NCBI GenBank assembly: GCA_965216065.1
Contig: CBDCFB010000002.1
Span: 960,756 to 1,024,755, forward strand
DNA length: 64,000 bases
Direction: 5' to 3'
DNA from: Dehalococcoidia bacterium
GTDB lineage: Bacteria > Chloroflexota > Dehalococcoidia > Lucifugimonadales > UBA3495
Shown: positions 8,813 to 22,813 of the stretch, piece after piece
Layout: every line of letters begins with the position of its first letter
How positions within the stretch are numbered: the first letter of the stretch is position 1
Program-made: the position numbers and the translations under genes
The notes under the pieces: generated by a model
The model's input: only the letters and a program-made list of their open reading frames with translations
Told to the model about the DNA's origin: nothing
Database searches by the model: none

Positions 8813-10216
8813 CTACAGGTCCCGCACGTCGACGAAGTGCCCCGCGATGGCGGCGGCGGCGGCCATGGCGGGGCTGACCAGGTGGGTGCGTCCGCCCTTC
8901 CCTTGGCGTCCCTCGAAGTTCCGGTTGGATGTGGCGGCGCAGCGCTGGCCCGGAGAAAGGATGTCGGGGTTCATGCCCAGGCACATTGAGCAGCCGGCTA
9001 CTCGCCAGTCAAGGCCGGCTTCGGTAAAGATGCGGTCCAGGCCCTCCTCTTCCGCCTCGCGCTTGATCTTGGCGGAACCCGGTACCACCATTGCATAGAC
9101 ATCCGGATGGACCTTGCGTCCCCTGACGACTTCTGCGGCGGCGCGAAGGTCCTCCAAGCGTGCGTTGGTGCAGGCGCCGACGAATATGCGGTCGATGTGG
9201 ATATCCTGGATTGGAGTTCCCGGCGCCAGATCCATGTACTGCAGCGCCCTGGTCGCGGCCTCTCTTTGAGAGGCCTCCTCGAAGGAGGCCGGGTCGGGCA
9301 CCTGCCCTGTTATGGGTGCAACCATTCCCGGGTTCGTTCCCCAGGTCACATACGGCACCATCTCAGAGGCATCGAAAATCTCGGTCTTGTCGTAGGTTGC
9401 CCCGGAGTCTGTCGGCAGTTGCTTCCAGCGCTCCACCGCGGCGTCGAATTCGGCTCCCTGGGGCGCGAACTGCCGGCCGCGGACATACTCGAAAGTGGTC
9501 TCATCAGGAGCGATCATTCCCGCCCGGGCTCCTGCCTCTATGCTCATGTTGCAGACAGTCATGCGCCCGTCCATCGACAGCGAGCGGATGGCTTCGCCGG
9601 TGTACTCGATAACGTGGCCAGTTCCCCCGTTGACTCCGATGCGTCCTATCACGCCCAGGATTATGTCCTTGCCGGTCACGCCAGGAGGCAGCGTGCCGTC
9701 GACACGCACTTCCATCGTCTGGGGCTTGAACTGTCGCAGGGTCTGCGTGGCCAGGACGTGCTCTACCTCCGAGGTGCCAATGCCCACGGCAAACGAGCCC
9801 AGCGCGCCGTGAGTCGAGGTGTGGCTGTCGCCGCAGACAATGGTCTTGCCCGGCTGCGTGTAGCCCAAGTCAGGGCCGATAATGTGCACGATGCCCTGGA
9901 GCGGGCTGAAGCGGTCGTAAAGGGTTACGCCGAACTCCTCGCAGTTGCGGGAGAGGGCCTCCAGCTGGGCCTGGGAAATCTCGTCGGCTACGGGAATGGA
10001 AAGGTCCCAGGTGGGCGTGTTGTGGTCTGCGGTGGCGACAGTGAGGTCTGTGCGCCGGACCTGGCGGCCTGCCATTCGCAGCCCGTCGAAGGCCTGCGGC
10101 GAGGTAACCTCGTGGACCAGGTGCAGGTCGATGTAGATGACCGCCGGTTCGCCCGGCTCTTCGGCGACCACGTGGGCGTCCCAAATCTTCTCGAACATCG
10201 TCTTCGGGGGCATCAA
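8813..10216 (-). CDS. leuC: 3-isopropylmalate dehydratase large subunit
   Basis: 467 aa. Contains [24 protein letters not shown] and [20 protein letters not shown] aconitase-family Fe-S cluster ligand motifs. Confidence 0.95.
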   Translation of the reverse strand: MMPPKTMFEKIWDAHVVAEEPGEPAVIYIDLHLVHEVTSPQAFDGLRMAGRQVRRTDLTVATADHNTPTWDLSIPVADEISQAQLEALSRNCEEFGVTLYDRFSPLQGIVHIIGPDLGYTQPGKTIVCGDSHTSTHGALGSFAVGIGTSEVEHVLATQTLRQFKPQTMEVRVDGTLPPGVTGKDIILGVIGRIGVNGGTGHVIEYTGEAIRSLSMDGRMTVCNMSIEAGARAGMIAPDETTFEYVRGRQFAPQGAEFDAAVERWKQLPTDSGATYDKTEIFDASEMVPYVTWGTNPGMVAPITGQVPDPASFEEASQREAATRALQYMDLAPGTPIQDIHIDRIFVGACTNARLEDLRAAAEVVRGRKVHPDVYAMVVPGSAKIKREAEEEGLDRIFTEAGLDWRVAGCSMCLGMNPDILSPGQRCAATSNRNFEGRQGKGGRTHLVSPAMAAAAAIAGHFVDVRDL

Positions 10217-10331
10217 ATCACTCCTGAGGGCCTTGTGTGCGCCAAGCCTGATGGCGCAATTGAACCAAGATGAGTCGTGGGCGAAAACCGCAGCGTATTA
10301 TATCATCCTGAGCCTTGGCGCCAGATATCTT

Positions 10332-10634
10332 CGGGCCCGTGGGCAGGGCAATCGCGTCTTGAATTCAGCAACTCAGCAGGTTGGGTCGGATGAGCCGACA
10401 TTGCGGGTTTGCAGGGGCTGATTTTTTCGTTTTCCCGGTCATTTCTGGACATTCCGGGCTGGCCGCTGGTTCAAGAGACCCACGGAGATGTCGGTCGGGT
10501 TCTGTTAGCCATCCGTTATAAACATAGAACTAATGTTACAGAATGGGCGCCAGGCTTGGCAAGGAGCAAATGACAGCAAAATTGACAGCAAAATGAGATT
10601 CCAGCCTTCAAGACGCGATTTCCCTGGGCCCGCG
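10332..10634. mobile_element. MITE-like element with ~30-nt terminal inverted repeats (core GGCAGGGCAATCGCGTC)
   Basis: CGGGCCCGTGGGCAGGGCAATCGCGTCTTGAA (10332-10363) versus TTCAAGACGCGATTTCCCTGGGCCCGCG (10607-10634). A related pair is at 23969-24180. Confidence 0.5.
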
Positions 10635-10917
10635 AGCAGTATGCCAACTGGCCTTTGTGCACACATATCGTCTCCATTGGGCAAGTGCCGGGACCCGGTA
10701 AAGTGCAGAAATGTGGATCCGGGCGGCTCTTGAATTCTCTTCTGGTGAAGCGGCTCTGAGTTGCCCGGTTCATCTGACTGGTCATTGATTCATGGTAAAC
10801 TGGCAAAGTCAGAACGAATGCCAGTGATCCTGGCCGGAAACGGGCGCGTGGCAACGGGACTTGTCCGCTGCGAGCTTCATCCGGCCGGTTCGGCCGATTC
10901 AGAAAGGGGACCGATTC

Positions 10918-13506
10918 ATGCCTTCTGCCGAAGCCGTCGTACTGCCCACGAACGTCAAGCCCAGCAAGTACCGCATGACGCTCCAGCCCGATATCGGGAC
11001 CTTCACCTTCAAGGGTGAGCAGACGATAGACATAGACATCGATGTCCCAACCGCCCGCATAATGCTCAATGCGGCGGAACTGGAAATCAGCGAAGTGACC
11101 CTGCGAAGAAACGGGACTTACGCGCAGGTGAGCTCGATTTCTCTAGATGAGGAAAGCGAAACGGCCACGCTGGACTTCGGGCGGACGCTGGCCCAGGGGC
11201 CCGCGCAGATCGACATGAAATTCACGGGCATCCTGAACGACCGCCTGGTTGGGTTCTACCGTTCCGAGTACCAGGATGCCGAGGGTCAGACGCGTTACTT
11301 GGCCACCACACAGTTCGAGGCCACCGACGCCCGCCGCGCGTTCCCCTGCTGGGACGAGCCGGCGCAGAAGGCGGTGTTCGATGTCACGCTCGTGTTTGAC
11401 GATAGCCTGCAAGCAGTCTCCAACACGCCGATAGTGGAAGAGAGCAGCCCTGGGCCAGGGTTGAAGTCGGTCCGCTTCGGTGAGACACCGATCATGTCCA
11501 CATACCTGCTGGCGTTCGTAGTTGGAGACGTCGTATCGGTGCAAGCCGACGCGGCCGACGGCACGACCGTGGGAGTCTGGACCACGAGAGGCAAGGAGAA
11601 CCAGGCGGGATTTGCCCTGGACACCTCTGTCAAGCTGCTGGGGTACTTCAACGACTATTTCGGCATCCCCTACCCTCTGCCCAAGCTGGATCACATCGCG
11701 ATCCCGGACTTTGCCGCAGGCGCGATGGAGAACTGGGGCTGTGTCACCTATCGGGAGACCGCTCTGCTGGTTGACCCGGACAACTCGTCTGCCGGAACGC
11801 GGCAGCGTGTCGCCGAGGTGGTTGCCCACGAGATGGCGCACATGTGGTTCGGCGACCTGGTTACGATGGAGTGGTGGGATGACCTGTGGCTCAACGAAAG
11901 CTTCGCCTCGTGGATGGGCACCAAGGCCGTGGACTGGCTCTTCCCAGACTGGGAGATGTGGACGCAGTTCGTCAACATGGACACCAATCGCGCACTGAGC
12001 CTGGACGGCCTGAAGAATTCCCACCCCATCGAGCAAGAGGTCAAGAATCCTGCAGAGGTGAGCCAGCTCTTCGACGCCATAAGCTACAGCAAAGGTGGCT
12101 CGGTGTTGCGCATGCTGGAAAACTTCCTCACCCCCGATGTCTTCCAGAAGGGACTGTACCGATACCTGAAGGCCAACGAATACGGCAATGCCCGCACACA
12201 GGACCTGTGGTTGGCGCTCGAAGAAGAGTCCGGCATGCCGGTCACCAGTATCATGGATTCTTGGGTCAAGCAGACGGGCTATCCGGTCCTTCAGATCGAG
12301 GCCGACCGCAGGCCGGACGGCGTGATGGTCTCGCTGTCCCAGGAACGATTTGTTTATGATCACCTGTTGGGCGAAGAGGAACCCAATCCAGAAGTCTGGC
12401 AGGTGCCTGTGAGCGTGAGTGCTCCTGGCGATACGGTCGCATCCACGGTCATGGAAGCCAAGGAGGCGGTCGTCACCGTAACCACACCCAGGCCTTCCGA
12501 GGACTGGTACAAGGTCAACGCGGACCAGACCGGGTTCTTCCGGGTGAACTACGCCAGCGAAGACTGGCAGCGTCTGGCTCCGGCAATCAGTGGGCGGGAA
12601 CTGCCTGCCACCGACCGGCTGGGCATTCAGAATGACGCCTACGCGCTTTCCCGTGCCGGCCTTCTGCCCGTAACCCAGTTCCTCGAACTGGCGGGGTCAT
12701 ACGCCGGCGAGACCGACGCGTCGGTATGGAGCGACCTGGCGTCCAACCTGAGGGACATTGAGCAGCTGATTGCCGGGGAGCCGGTGCATCCGGCCTACCA
12801 GCGTTTCGGCCGCGAGCTGTTTGGCCCAGTTGCCCGCCGCGCCGGATGGACGCCCCGGTCCGAGGACGGACACCTGGACTCGCTGCTGCGATCGACGGTT
12901 TTGGGACAGGCCGGCAGCTACGGCGATCAGGAAACACTGTCCCAGGCCTCCGGCTTGTTCCGGCAATATCTGGAGAATCCGGAGGCTGTGCACCCCGACC
13001 TGCGGGGTATCGTGTTTAGCTTGGCCGCACAGGCGGGCGACCGCACCACCTACGACCAGCTCTGGGAGCTGGAGGAACGCACCGGCCTGCAGGAGGAGAA
13101 GATTCGCCTGCTTCTGGCTATGTCCCGCTTCCAGGATGTCGGGCTTCTCAACGAGGCGCTGGAGAGTTCGCTGTCCGCGCGTGTGCGCTCACAGGACACC
13201 ATCACGGTGGTAGCGGGCGTGGCCGCCAACCCCATGGGACGCGAACCGGCCTGGGAGTTCGTCAAGAGCAACTGGGCGGAGTTCGACCGGCGCTACGGCG
13301 GTGGCGGGTTCGGGCTTATGCGCCTGGTATCTATAGTCAACAGCTTTACCACCGAAGAGCGTAAGGCAGATGTTGAGAATTTCTTCTCCGACAATCCCGC
13401 TCCGGCCGCGGAGCGCACCATCCGACAGGCCCTCGAGCGCATGAGTCTCAACATACGATGGCTGGAGCAAAATCGCCCGGCCCTGAACGCGTGGTTCGGC
13501 GTGTAG
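10918..13506 (+). CDS. pepN: M1-family zinc aminopeptidase (aminopeptidase N-like, ERAP1-type C-terminal domain)
   Basis: GAMENWG exopeptidase motif and HEMAHMWFGDLVTMEWWDDLWLNESFA (HExxH-18-E). ATG at 10918 is preceded by AAAGGGGA, so the longer ORF start at 10861 is less likely. Confidence 0.9.
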   Translation: MPSAEAVVLPTNVKPSKYRMTLQPDIGTFTFKGEQTIDIDIDVPTARIMLNAAELEISEVTLRRNGTYAQVSSISLDEESETATLDFGRTLAQGPAQIDMKFTGILNDRLVGFYRSEYQDAEGQTRYLATTQFEATDARRAFPCWDEPAQKAVFDVTLVFDDSLQAVSNTPIVEESSPGPGLKSVRFGETPIMSTYLLAFVVGDVVSVQADAADGTTVGVWTTRGKENQAGFALDTSVKLLGYFNDYFGIPYPLPKLDHIAIPDFAAGAMENWGCVTYRETALLVDPDNSSAGTRQRVAEVVAHEMAHMWFGDLVTMEWWDDLWLNESFASWMGTKAVDWLFPDWEMWTQFVNMDTNRALSLDGLKNSHPIEQEVKNPAEVSQLFDAISYSKGGSVLRMLENFLTPDVFQKGLYRYLKANEYGNARTQDLWLALEEESGMPVTSIMDSWVKQTGYPVLQIEADRRPDGVMVSLSQERFVYDHLLGEEEPNPEVWQVPVSVSAPGDTVASTVMEAKEAVVTVTTPRPSEDWYKVNADQTGFFRVNYASEDWQRLAPAISGRELPATDRLGIQNDAYALSRAGLLPVTQFLELAGSYAGETDASVWSDLASNLRDIEQLIAGEPVHPAYQRFGRELFGPVARRAGWTPRSEDGHLDSLLRSTVLGQAGSYGDQETLSQASGLFRQYLENPEAVHPDLRGIVFSLAAQAGDRTTYDQLWELEERTGLQEEKIRLLLAMSRFQDVGLLNEALESSLSARVRSQDTITVVAGVAANPMGREPAWEFVKSNWAEFDRRYGGGGFGLMRLVSIVNSFTTEERKADVENFFSDNPAPAAERTIRQALERMSLNIRWLEQNRPALNAWFGV

Positions 13507-13620
13507 CGAATCGGATTTCGCTCGAACGATCTAGACAAACGGAAGCTCAGTAGACTGAGGTGATGTGATGCGAAAGGGCTCGGCTGGGCTGGGAAACTTC
13601 CCACTATGGTTAGCTAATTT

Positions 13621-17136
<3,516 letters not shown>

Positions 17137-17213
17137 CGCAGGCCCCCGGCTTCCCGTGTAGACATTCAAGAACCTGCCGCTGTTGAAACGGGCGGCGCGA
17201 ACCCGGAGGCACA

Positions 17214-18848
17214 GTGCAGACCATAAGCAAGATTGCCGACGCCCTCGGCTTCAAGTCCGAATACGTGCTGCCCTACGGCCACTACAAGGCGAAAATTTCC
17301 CTGGACGCCATCAGGGACGGCGGCGCCGGCCAGGGCAAGCTCGTCGTCGTCACGGGCATCACTCCCACGCCGGCGGGAGAAGGCAAGACCACCACGGCCA
17401 TCGGGCTGACCCAGGGCATGGGACGGCTGGGCCACAGGGTTACGGTTAATCTGAGGGAGCCGACCCTGGGGCCGATTTTCGGCATCAAGGGAGGCGGGAC
17501 CGGCGGCGGCAACGCGCGCATCGTCCCCGAGGACGAGATCAACATCCACTTCACCGGCGACGCTCACGCCGTGGCCTCGGCCCACAACCTGCTGGCCGCG
17601 CTGGTCGACAACGCGGTGTTCCGCAACGCTATCCCGGACTTCGACCCCTCCGGCATCCAGTGGTCGCGCGTGACCGACGCCTCAGACCGCGGTTTGCGGC
17701 AGGTGATCGCCGGTGTCGGAGGGACCGGATATGGCCCCCTCAGGGAGGCGAGGTTCGACATCGTCTCCGCCTCCGAGATCATGGCCATCCTGGCTCTTGC
17801 CGACGGGCCGGATGACCTGCGAGAGCGCGTCTCCCGCATTGTCGTTGGGTCCACCCGCGGCGGAGAGCCGGTGACCGTGGCGCAAATGGGCGTGCAGGGC
17901 GCACTGATGACGCTGCTGCACCAGACGGTGATGCCCAACTTGGTGCAGACGCTGGAAGGTCAGCCCTGCCTGGTGCATGCCGGTCCCTTCGGGAACATTG
18001 CCCATGGCTGCAGCTCCATCCTGGCCGACAAGCTGGCGCTGGGCTACGCGGACTATGTAATCACCGAAGCGGGGTTCGCTTCCGACCTGGGCTTCGAGAA
18101 ATTCATGCATATCAAGACCCGGACCAGTGGCCTGCTTCCCAGGGCTGCGGTGCTGGTGGCTTCGGTACGCGCCCTCAAGTGGCACGGGAGGATGCCGCGC
18201 CGCGACCTGGACAAGCCTGATGTTGACAGGGTCATCAGGGGCGGTCCCAACCTGGCCCATCATGTCGGCATCGTTACCAGCTTCGGGCTGCCCTGCGTGG
18301 TTGCCATCAACCGCTTCGGCACCGACAGCCCGGAGGAACTGGCGGCCGTTCGGGACATCGCGCTTGAGGCGGGCGCCACCGCCGCTGTCGAATGTGACGG
18401 CTATGCCCAGGGCGGAGCGGGGGCCGAGGAGTTGGCGCAGGCCGTGGTGGACGCCACTGAGGACGAGAGCGACATCACCTACGCCTACCCGCTGGAGGCA
18501 ACGGCACAGGAGAAGGTCCTGGCGTTGGCGCAGAAGATCTACGGCGCTGCCGATGTCAGCTGGTCGACGCAGGCAACCAGCCAGCTGAGGTACTTCGAGT
18601 CGCAGGGCTGGGGCAACCTGCCCATCTGCATGGCGAAGACTCACCTCTCCATCTCCCACGACCAGTCCCTGCGCAACCGGCCCCAGGGATACACCTTCCC
18701 GGTCAATGACCTGCGTGCCTCTGTGGGCGCGGGATTCCTCTACGCCCTGGCAGGACGGATCGAAACCCTCCCGGGCCTGCCCTCCCGTCCGCGGGCGCTG
18801 GACATGGATGTCAGCCCCGACGGAGAAGTTCTGGGTATCCTCAACTAA
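17214..18848 (+). CDS. fhs: Formate--tetrahydrofolate ligase
   Basis: 544 aa. P-loop-like TPTPAGEGKTTTAIGL and the FTHFS signature region VHAGPFGNIAHGCSS. Confidence 0.93.
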   Translation: MQTISKIADALGFKSEYVLPYGHYKAKISLDAIRDGGAGQGKLVVVTGITPTPAGEGKTTTAIGLTQGMGRLGHRVTVNLREPTLGPIFGIKGGGTGGGNARIVPEDEINIHFTGDAHAVASAHNLLAALVDNAVFRNAIPDFDPSGIQWSRVTDASDRGLRQVIAGVGGTGYGPLREARFDIVSASEIMAILALADGPDDLRERVSRIVVGSTRGGEPVTVAQMGVQGALMTLLHQTVMPNLVQTLEGQPCLVHAGPFGNIAHGCSSILADKLALGYADYVITEAGFASDLGFEKFMHIKTRTSGLLPRAAVLVASVRALKWHGRMPRRDLDKPDVDRVIRGGPNLAHHVGIVTSFGLPCVVAINRFGTDSPEELAAVRDIALEAGATAAVECDGYAQGGAGAEELAQAVVDATEDESDITYAYPLEATAQEKVLALAQKIYGAADVSWSTQATSQLRYFESQGWGNLPICMAKTHLSISHDQSLRNRPQGYTFPVNDLRASVGAGFLYALAGRIETLPGLPSRPRALDMDVSPDGEVLGILN

Positions 18849-18866
18849 CGAAAGCGGAGCACCTCG

Positions 18867-19514
18867 ATGCGCGTCGTGATGATCCATGCATTGGCCGAGT
18901 CCATTCCGCCCGTGCGGCTCGCCTTCAGGGACGAGTTCCCCGAGGCCGAGGTGATAAACCTGCTGGACGAGGGGCTGCTCATCGACTTTCCCGGCAGCAT
19001 CACCCCCGGCCTGCGGCGGCGGATGAGCGACCTCATATGCTACTCCCAGGACCACGATGCCGACGCCATTGGGCTCGCTTGCTCCGTCTACGCCCCGGTG
19101 GTGGACTCGGCGCGCGAACTGGTCGATGTGCCGTTGGTGTCGTCCTATGGCCCGGTGATGGCCGAGGCGGTCTCGGCGGGGCCTCGGGTCGGCGTGATCG
19201 CCACCAACGAGGCCACCATGTCCGATTCCGAATACTACCTGAGACTGGCAGCGCAAGAAGCGGGGACCGAAATTCAGGTGGTGAAGCGCCTTGCCACCGA
19301 CCTGATCCAGGTGCTGCGGGAGGGCGGACAGTCTGCCTTCGAGAAGAGGCTGGAAGAGGAGACGGTGGCGCTGGCTGGAGAGGTTGATGTGATACTGCTC
19401 AGCCAGTTCTCGTTCGCCACGGCCCTGGAACATCTGCAGGCGGTCTCGCCGGTCACCGTGCTTTCCGCCCCCCACAGCAGCGCCCGAACCCTGAAGAAAT
19501 TGCTGGAGGCCTAG
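18867..19514 (+). CDS. Asp/Glu/hydantoin racemase-family protein
   Basis: 215 aa. Two-lobed racemase pattern with AIGLACSVY (candidate catalytic Cys) and VILLSQFSF. Confidence 0.6.
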   Translation: MRVVMIHALAESIPPVRLAFRDEFPEAEVINLLDEGLLIDFPGSITPGLRRRMSDLICYSQDHDADAIGLACSVYAPVVDSARELVDVPLVSSYGPVMAEAVSAGPRVGVIATNEATMSDSEYYLRLAAQEAGTEIQVVKRLATDLIQVLREGGQSAFEKRLEEETVALAGEVDVILLSQFSFATALEHLQAVSPVTVLSAPHSSARTLKKLLEA

Positions 19515-19516
19515 AA

Positions 19517-20416
19517 ATGGCCAAATCGCCGGAACTGGACAATGTAATCGCCTTGGTCAGATCCAGGGAAGCCGATGAGTCCCAAGGCGCCACCGAGGGA
19601 CGGCGCCGCTCATTCGAGCGGATGACCGACGATTTTACGATCGATGTCCCGGCCAGGTACAGCCGGGTGAACGCCGGAGGAGTGACGGCCGAGTGGGTTA
19701 CCGCTGAGGGGGCGTCGGACAGCCGCGTTGTGCTTTACTTCCACGGCGGGGGATACATCATCGGCTCGCCCCGGACCCACCGTGCCATGTTGGCCCACCT
19801 GTCTCGGGACGCTGCGGCCCGGGTGCTCGCGCTGGACTACCGCCTGGCCCCGGAGCACCCATTCCCCGCGCCCGTCGAGGACGCGGTGGCCGCATACCGG
19901 TGGCTGCTCTCCGAGGGATTCGATCCGGCCAATATTGTCCTGGGCGGGGACTCCGCCGGTGGGGGACTGACCATCGCTGCCCTCGTCCAGATTCGATACC
20001 TCGGCCTGCCCATACCGGCTGCCGGGGTCTGCGTGTCACCCTGGGTCGACATGGAGGGCCTGGGCGATTCAATGGAGACAAGGGCCGCAGCTGACCCGAT
20101 GGTGGGGAAGGAGAACCTGATGGTTTCCGCGAAGACCTACCTGGGTGGGGCAGACCCGAGGGCGCCGCTGGCGGCTCCGCTATATGCCGACTTGCACGGC
20201 CTGCCGCCGATCCTGATCCAGGTGGGGGACGCTGAGGTGCTGCTGGACGACTCCACGCGTCTCGCCGGAATAGCGCGGGAGGCCGGTGTTGATGTCCAAA
20301 TGGATGTCTGGGACGATATGATCCATGTCTGGCACGTGTTCGCACCGATCCTCCCGGAGGGGAAGCAGGCGATCAAGCAGGCAGGGGACTTCATCAAGAA
20401 ACATACCGGAGGCTGA
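19517..20416 (+). CDS. Alpha/beta hydrolase, hormone-sensitive-lipase-type esterase
   Basis: Oxyanion FHGGGY, nucleophile elbow GDSAGG, distal DD..HVWH. Confidence 0.85.
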   Translation: MAKSPELDNVIALVRSREADESQGATEGRRRSFERMTDDFTIDVPARYSRVNAGGVTAEWVTAEGASDSRVVLYFHGGGYIIGSPRTHRAMLAHLSRDAAARVLALDYRLAPEHPFPAPVEDAVAAYRWLLSEGFDPANIVLGGDSAGGGLTIAALVQIRYLGLPIPAAGVCVSPWVDMEGLGDSMETRAAADPMVGKENLMVSAKTYLGGADPRAPLAAPLYADLHGLPPILIQVGDAEVLLDDSTRLAGIAREAGVDVQMDVWDDMIHVWHVFAPILPEGKQAIKQAGDFIKKHTGG

Positions 20417-20418
20417 AG

Positions 20419-21108
20419 ATGCTCTACGATTTCAGGATGTACACCCTCAAGCCCGGAGCGACGCCCGACTACCGGGCCGGCGTCAAGGAGGTGGGGCTGC
20501 CCATCAGGCAGAACCACGATGTGGCCCTGTCGGGATGGTACTGGAGCGATGTCGGTGCCCTGAACCAGGTGGTGCACATCTGGGGCTACAAGGACCTGGA
20601 GCACTTGAACTCGCAGAAGGCCGCGGTCTACGGCGACCCTGACTGGGGCGGCAAATATGTGCCTCGGGCGCAACCGCTGGTCGAGTCGCAGAAGACCTGG
20701 CTGATGATGTCGCCCGCCTTCGCGCCCACCTATCCTGTCAAAGGCCCCATCGCCGAAGAGGGCACGCCCGAGTACAAGCGCAAGAACGACATGGTCTTCG
20801 ACTTCCGTCAGTACACCCTGAACCCTGGGGGACTACCCACCTACATGGCGGCCGTGGAGGAGTTGGCCCTGCCCATCCGCCAGAGGCACGGCGTCAAGCT
20901 GGCTGGCTGGTTCTACAGCGACCTGGGCGACCTGAACCAGGTGGTGCACATCTGGGCCTTCGACAACGTCAAGCACCTGGAAGAGGCCAAGGCCGCCGTT
21001 GCTGCCGACCCGGAGTGGGGCGGCGCCTACATTCCCCGCGTCCGCGGCGTCATCTCGGCCCAGAACACCTACCTGATGAAGACCACGGAGTTCGGCCCTA
21101 CGCCGTAG
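20419..21108 (+). CDS. NIPSNAP-family protein (two tandem NIPSNAP domains)
   Basis: Internal duplication: YDFRMYTLKPG...LNQVVHIWGYKDLEHL and FDFRQYTLNPG...LNQVVHIWAFDNVKHL. Confidence 0.8.
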   Translation: MLYDFRMYTLKPGATPDYRAGVKEVGLPIRQNHDVALSGWYWSDVGALNQVVHIWGYKDLEHLNSQKAAVYGDPDWGGKYVPRAQPLVESQKTWLMMSPAFAPTYPVKGPIAEEGTPEYKRKNDMVFDFRQYTLNPGGLPTYMAAVEELALPIRQRHGVKLAGWFYSDLGDLNQVVHIWAFDNVKHLEEAKAAVAADPEWGGAYIPRVRGVISAQNTYLMKTTEFGPTP

Positions 21109-21163
21109 GCGGCAAAGGGCGTAGCGATTTACTCAAGTCCCTTGCTCAAGGGGCGAACAAGAA

Positions 21164-21205
21164 GGGAGGCGGATGGCGCGCGGCCACTCCGCCTCCCTTT
21201 CATTT
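21164..21205 (+). terminator. Rho-independent terminator between convergent genes
   Basis: GGGAGGCGGA (21164-21173) pairs with TCCGCCTCCC (21188-21197), followed by TTTCATTT. Confidence 0.6.
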
Positions 21206-21579
21206 AACCCTGTCCGGGCTTAAAGAGCCCTATGTAGTTTCCTTCAGGATCGATAAAACCTGCGATGGCGAACTTGCTGTCGTTGACTTCCATGTCCATC
21301 GGGGGCAGGACTTGGGTGCCACCTAGGCCGACCGTTTTGTTCAGGTAGGCCTGCAGGTCGTCAACCATCACGTAGAAAGTGACCATGAGACTGGGCGGGT
21401 CTTCGCCGGACTGGGAAATGCCACCCCCGATGCCGCTCTCGGAATGCTGCACCAGCCCGTAGTTCCGTTAGTCGTTGGTGGGCATGATTTCCCCGTCGAA
21501 GAGCGTTCCGTAGAATGAATTTCTGCTGTGCCTCGGTGTTGATGCAACCAATCTCGAAGTGGACCACCGGGTTTGGCAT
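21204..21579 (-). pseudogene. VOC/glyoxalase-family gene disrupted by a 4-nt duplication and an in-frame stop
   Basis: N-terminus MPNPVVHFEIGCINTEAQQKF, then a frame change at the tandem GAATGAAT (21513-21520). The shifted frame reads FYGTLFDGEIMPTND*RNYGLVQHSESGIGGG...DPEGNYIGLF, with TAA at 21468-21470. Confidence 0.75.
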
Positions 21580-21633
21580 GGATTGGTGTTCTCTTTTCGA
21601 AATATGAGTCCGGACCTCGAATAGATAGCTTTT

Positions 21634-22734
21634 CTAGTTGTGGCAGCCGCGCGCTTGAATGTCCCAGACGGCTTCGACCTTGCCGTTGCGCAGACCGACG
21701 AAGCGGTCCCACCGGCTAACCATCGCGTCCTGCTGGCCGGGGATCAACAGGAGCTGGTCCCCAACATGGAGCGAGGTGCCGCCGGTGAGCTTGAATACGG
21801 CGTGGTCGCCGTCCATTGACTCAACCTCAACCCCGGGGCGGCCGTCGACTTCGGGAAGACCTCGCAGCGAGCTGACGGCTCTCGACCCAGCATCGCCAAT
21901 GGCCACGCCGGGCCGCGGGGTGCTGATGACGGTGGTGAGTACCTTGGCCGCGTAGCTGAACTCCGTCATATAGCTGTAGTGGGTCTCCATCAGCAGGTAG
22001 CTGCCGCCCTGGACCTCGGTGACGCCGGCGATGTCGCCGGCGACATCGTAGCTCCAGGTCTCGCCGGTGGAGACGATGTCCACGGGCAGGCCGGAATCGA
22101 CGATGGCGTCCTTCAGGTCGATGACGCCCTTGATGACCCGGTTGCCCTCGGTTACCCGGTCTTCGCGGTCGGGCATGGCGGAAATGACCTGGTGGCTCAT
22201 GATGCCCCGGAAGCTGACGCCGGGCAGAGAATCAATCTCGTGGGCCAGGGACACCCCCTGCTGCATCTCCTGTACGCCGCAACGCTTCAGCCCGGTCTCC
22301 AGCTCGATGACCACTCCCAGGTCGACACCCTGGGCCGCTGCCTCCCTGGACAGGGCGAGTGCGTTGTCGGCGCTGTCGCAGGCCACCATGACCTCCGCCT
22401 GCCCGGCCAAGGAACAGAGGCGGCGGATCTTGAGGTCGCCGACAACCTCGCTGGTGATGAACACGCTGGGTACGCCGCCGTGAACCATGACCTCTGCCTC
22501 GGCGACCTTGGCCGCGCAGACCCCGCCGACGGTGCCGCCGCGGCGTATCTGGCGCAGCGCTATGGCAGGCGTCTTGTGGTTCTTGCTGTGCCCCCGAAGC
22601 TTGCTGGGGCGGTCGCGGTAGTAGTCGGCGATCACATCCATGTTGGCATCGAGGGCGTCCAAATCGATCACGAGGCAGGGTGTGTCCAGATCTTCCATGG
22701 GTGTACCGGGAAGGGGCGTCTGGCTGTCGATCAT
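21634..22734 (-). CDS. DSD1-family PLP enzyme (D-serine dehydratase / D-threonine aldolase-like, alanine-racemase-fold N-domain)
   Basis: LDTPCLVIDLDALDANMD and LRGHSKNHKTPAIALRQ (conserved PH.K.HK PLP-lysine block). C-terminal D-serine-dehydratase-like domain. Confidence 0.8.
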   Translation of the reverse strand: MIDSQTPLPGTPMEDLDTPCLVIDLDALDANMDVIADYYRDRPSKLRGHSKNHKTPAIALRQIRRGGTVGGVCAAKVAEAEVMVHGGVPSVFITSEVVGDLKIRRLCSLAGQAEVMVACDSADNALALSREAAAQGVDLGVVIELETGLKRCGVQEMQQGVSLAHEIDSLPGVSFRGIMSHQVISAMPDREDRVTEGNRVIKGVIDLKDAIVDSGLPVDIVSTGETWSYDVAGDIAGVTEVQGGSYLLMETHYSYMTEFSYAAKVLTTVISTPRPGVAIGDAGSRAVSSLRGLPEVDGRPGVEVESMDGDHAVFKLTGGTSLHVGDQLLLIPGQQDAMVSRWDRFVGLRNGKVEAVWDIQARGCHN

Positions 22735-22813
22735 AGCGTGGCTCCATTCGGTTCCCTCTCCCTCGAGGGAGAGGGCCAGGGTTAGGATGGAATGCTGTCA
22801 GACATTGTTGTCG

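Noticed and set aside
10516-10854. 112-aa ORF in the leuC-pepN intergenic region.
   Set aside because: It overlaps the MITE-like element and its inverted repeat. It has no RBS and no family resemblance.
13507-13620. Possible riboswitch (cobalamin, SAM or SAH) upstream of metH.
   Set aside because: Only about 114 nt are available. I could not find a B12 box or SAM/SAH riboswitch core motifs by eye. An Rfam scan would be needed to say more.
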